64,000 nt of DNA from Lama glama (lineage: Eukaryota): the NCBI GenBank assembly GCA_028534125.1, contig CM052817.1:44394001-44458000 (forward strand), given 5' to 3'. Within the stretch, counting starts at the first letter, position 1, and every line of letters begins with the position of its first letter. A program made the translations under genes and the position numbers. Under the pieces are notes generated by a model that saw only the letters and a list, made by a program, of their open reading frames with translations, searched no databases and was not told the DNA's origin. Shown here one piece after another: positions 61,690 through 64,000 of the stretch.

Positions 61690-63589
61690 AAGAAGCGACA
61701 AGTGGAAGTAAGACAGGAAAATAGATCTGGTAATACATCCTGCCTTAACTACCACAAAACATTAGGAAAAAAAGAGTTTGGATGGCTAAATAGACATCAA
61801 AAATGGCCATATACACATGCGCTCTTATAGAGGGAAATAGCACTGGACCAAGAGCCTGGAGGCCTGCACTGGGGTGATACAGGTGAACTTTTGAGTTTTT
61901 AAGGCTCCTTTTACCTTTAACTGTCTATGAGCCAAGGTGGAAAAAAGGGCATTAGTGACAAATCCCAAGTGAGAAAAGTTTCTTGAGTATCTCCATCCAC
62001 CAGTGACGAGCACTTTCTACACGCAGCCTCCAAGTTGGAATCTGTGCGGAATAAAAGACAATTTCTGACTTCCGGTCTTGCCGGAGAGACACACGCAGAA
62101 TTTGGAGCCAGACCAACCTGGTTCCAGTCTGTGCTCCGCCAGTCCCTGGCCACGATTCCATGTAAGCCTCAGGACCTCAACTGGAAACAGGGAACAGAGT
62201 ACTGTCTGCCTGGTGACATTACTGTGAGACCTCAGGAGCCTGATACCAATTACCATTCAACCCAAGTGGTCTCTGTGAGATGGATGTGGGGAGTCACCCA
62301 AGGGGTGTGACAGGATGCTGGTGTAATGATGAACTCTAGAAGTCCTTACAAAACTGCAAATGTCTAAAGCATTTGGGGAGGGGTATACATATTTAACTCC
62401 ACTGTGGAGGTTTTTTGCATATAAAAGCAGGAAATATGGGGCACTACTTAGGCCCGTTAGGAACAGACAGGCACAGAGGGCCCAGCAACTGGTGCGAAAG
62501 AAATGGTTCCTGGAGCATCAAAGCTGACAGAATTAGCCTGAGGAATTCTCCTGGGGGCCTTTTCTCACCAGAGGAAGCCTCAGGCACTGGGCAGGGGCCG
62601 TGATCAGTAAATGTAACTGCCTGGCTGTTTGAAAAACACAGTAATGAGTTTGGACCCAGTTTTTTTGAGCCACCAGAGTCCTCTCACCTCAGGCTCTGGG
62701 GAGAGAGACCCCTGCCCTCCTGCAGGCGGGAGTGGGTGGAGAAGCTCTGGCTCTGGAAGGTCCCTGGGATCACAAGGGTGTCTCGGGGAACAGAGTTTCT
62801 CTCTCCCATATACATGCAAATAAGCTGCTCCTGTCCTAGACCTGCCTAGAGAAGAGGGGTGGACATGAAAAATGTAAATGGAGATGGTCATTCATCGGGA
62901 GAAAATAGGTCCCTTGCTAAATTTGGCATCAGCCGAGGAATCTTAGCAAAAATGAACTCACCCCCTTGTTTGTGAGAGAAGCCTAATCCTTACTTTGCCC
63001 GAGAGGATTATTGGGTCTTAGAAAGAAGCTCACATGCACTTTTTTTAAGCTCGTGCCAACTGCATTTGTGTCCACAATATCCGAGATTCGTTCTGCTTTT
63101 TACGGTAGATAATAGACATTCCATGCTATTTAAATGCCTCCAAATCTCAAACCTAGATGTTTCCAACCTTTGCTATCACCCAAAGTGGGACTCTGTCTCC
63201 CAAGCTTTCCCCTGGTTGTTGCTTTAAATTCTTCAGAAGCACAGTTTAAATGGAAGGGAAGGTATCGAACTGCAGTCAATTTGTGGAAAAGTCATCGTTT
63301 GTGGTTTACAATGCACCTTTACAAGGTGTCTGTAACTATGGCTCCATTGGCTAAGTTTCTACTCAGCTCCATCACTGTTCCCTTGGTTCCTATAGGGTTA
63401 GTGTAATACAATCCAGAGTTCTTTTCCTTTTCTTCTTTTTCTTAATCCTGTATGTCCCTACTTACCCCAACACTATCTTATCCTCTCCAGGGAATTGTGG
63501 ACCCACTGACATACGTAACAGAAAAGCGGAACAAAAATCTGTCTTTCGCTTCGCATGGCACCCTCAAAACATCACTTCAAAATATTACA

Positions 63590-63770
63590 AATTGGCACCT
63601 GTGTTGGGCTTTACAAAGTATTTTTACGTTACAAGTTCAATCCTCACAACAACCCTATGAAGCGTTCGCCCTCTTTTACAGAAAAGGAAACTGAGGCATG
63701 GAGTAATTCAAATAAGCTGCTCAAGATCACAAAGAAAGTGGTCAAGCCAGGACCCGACATACTATAAAAG
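63590..63770 (-). mobile_element. MIR SINE relic
   Basis: aatcctcacaacaaccctatgaag...ttttacagaaaaggaaactgaggcatggag. Confidence 0.75.
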
Positions 63771-64000
63771 CTCCAAAGCATGCCCTTAACCTTGTTCACA
63801 ACCGTGAAAACCGAGCTGCCGGATCCCAGGAAGAGCACCATTCCCCCAGCACTGGCTTCCTCAGGAGTGACGGCTTGGGGCCATTTCTACTGGTGACTGC
63901 TGCTCCCTGCTCTCACCACCCGGCCTGCTTAATTTTCCCCCGGGTTTACAATTCCTGTTTTAGTGCTGGAGCCAATGGCAGCCCAAATGAGAAGAAATTT

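Noticed and set aside
1..64000. Prokaryotic-type systems (CRISPR arrays, operons, defence islands)
   Set aside because: The sequence is a mammalian intron-exon locus with no repeat-spacer array or dense gene cluster.

Overview
This is mammalian genomic DNA, most likely from a camelid, judging from tRNA-Ala-derived SINEs and the L1 3' ends. The whole window lies inside SHROOM3 on the minus strand. Seven internal coding exons (equivalent to human exons 3-9) can be placed to the base, with GT-AG boundaries and consistent phases: 52886-52755, 33968-33837, 27954-24726, 18672-18599, 14760-13945, 12904-12392 and 9843-9693. They encode the post-PDZ region, ASD1, the proline-rich EVH1 ligand and the first part of ASD2. 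The PDZ exons lie beyond the right edge and the last ASD2 exons beyond the left edge. The introns hold a full-length, frameshifted HMGN1 processed pseudogene with an 11-bp TSD, a solo ERV1-type LTR, several L1 3' ends and SINEs with TSDs, a MER2-like MITE, many MIR/L2 relics and a (TG)31 microsatellite. A 500-N gap is flanked by an exact 199-bp overlap, which is probably an assembly artefact. No novel multi-gene system is evident. The best leads are a candidate alternative first exon in intron 4, a candidate TE-terminated exon that would remove ASD2, a NAGNAG acceptor, in-frame micro-duplications in the coding sequence, a candidate L1 3' transduction and an octamer/palindrome enhancer candidate. 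Exon numbering, repeat family names and human comparisons are from recall and were not searched.
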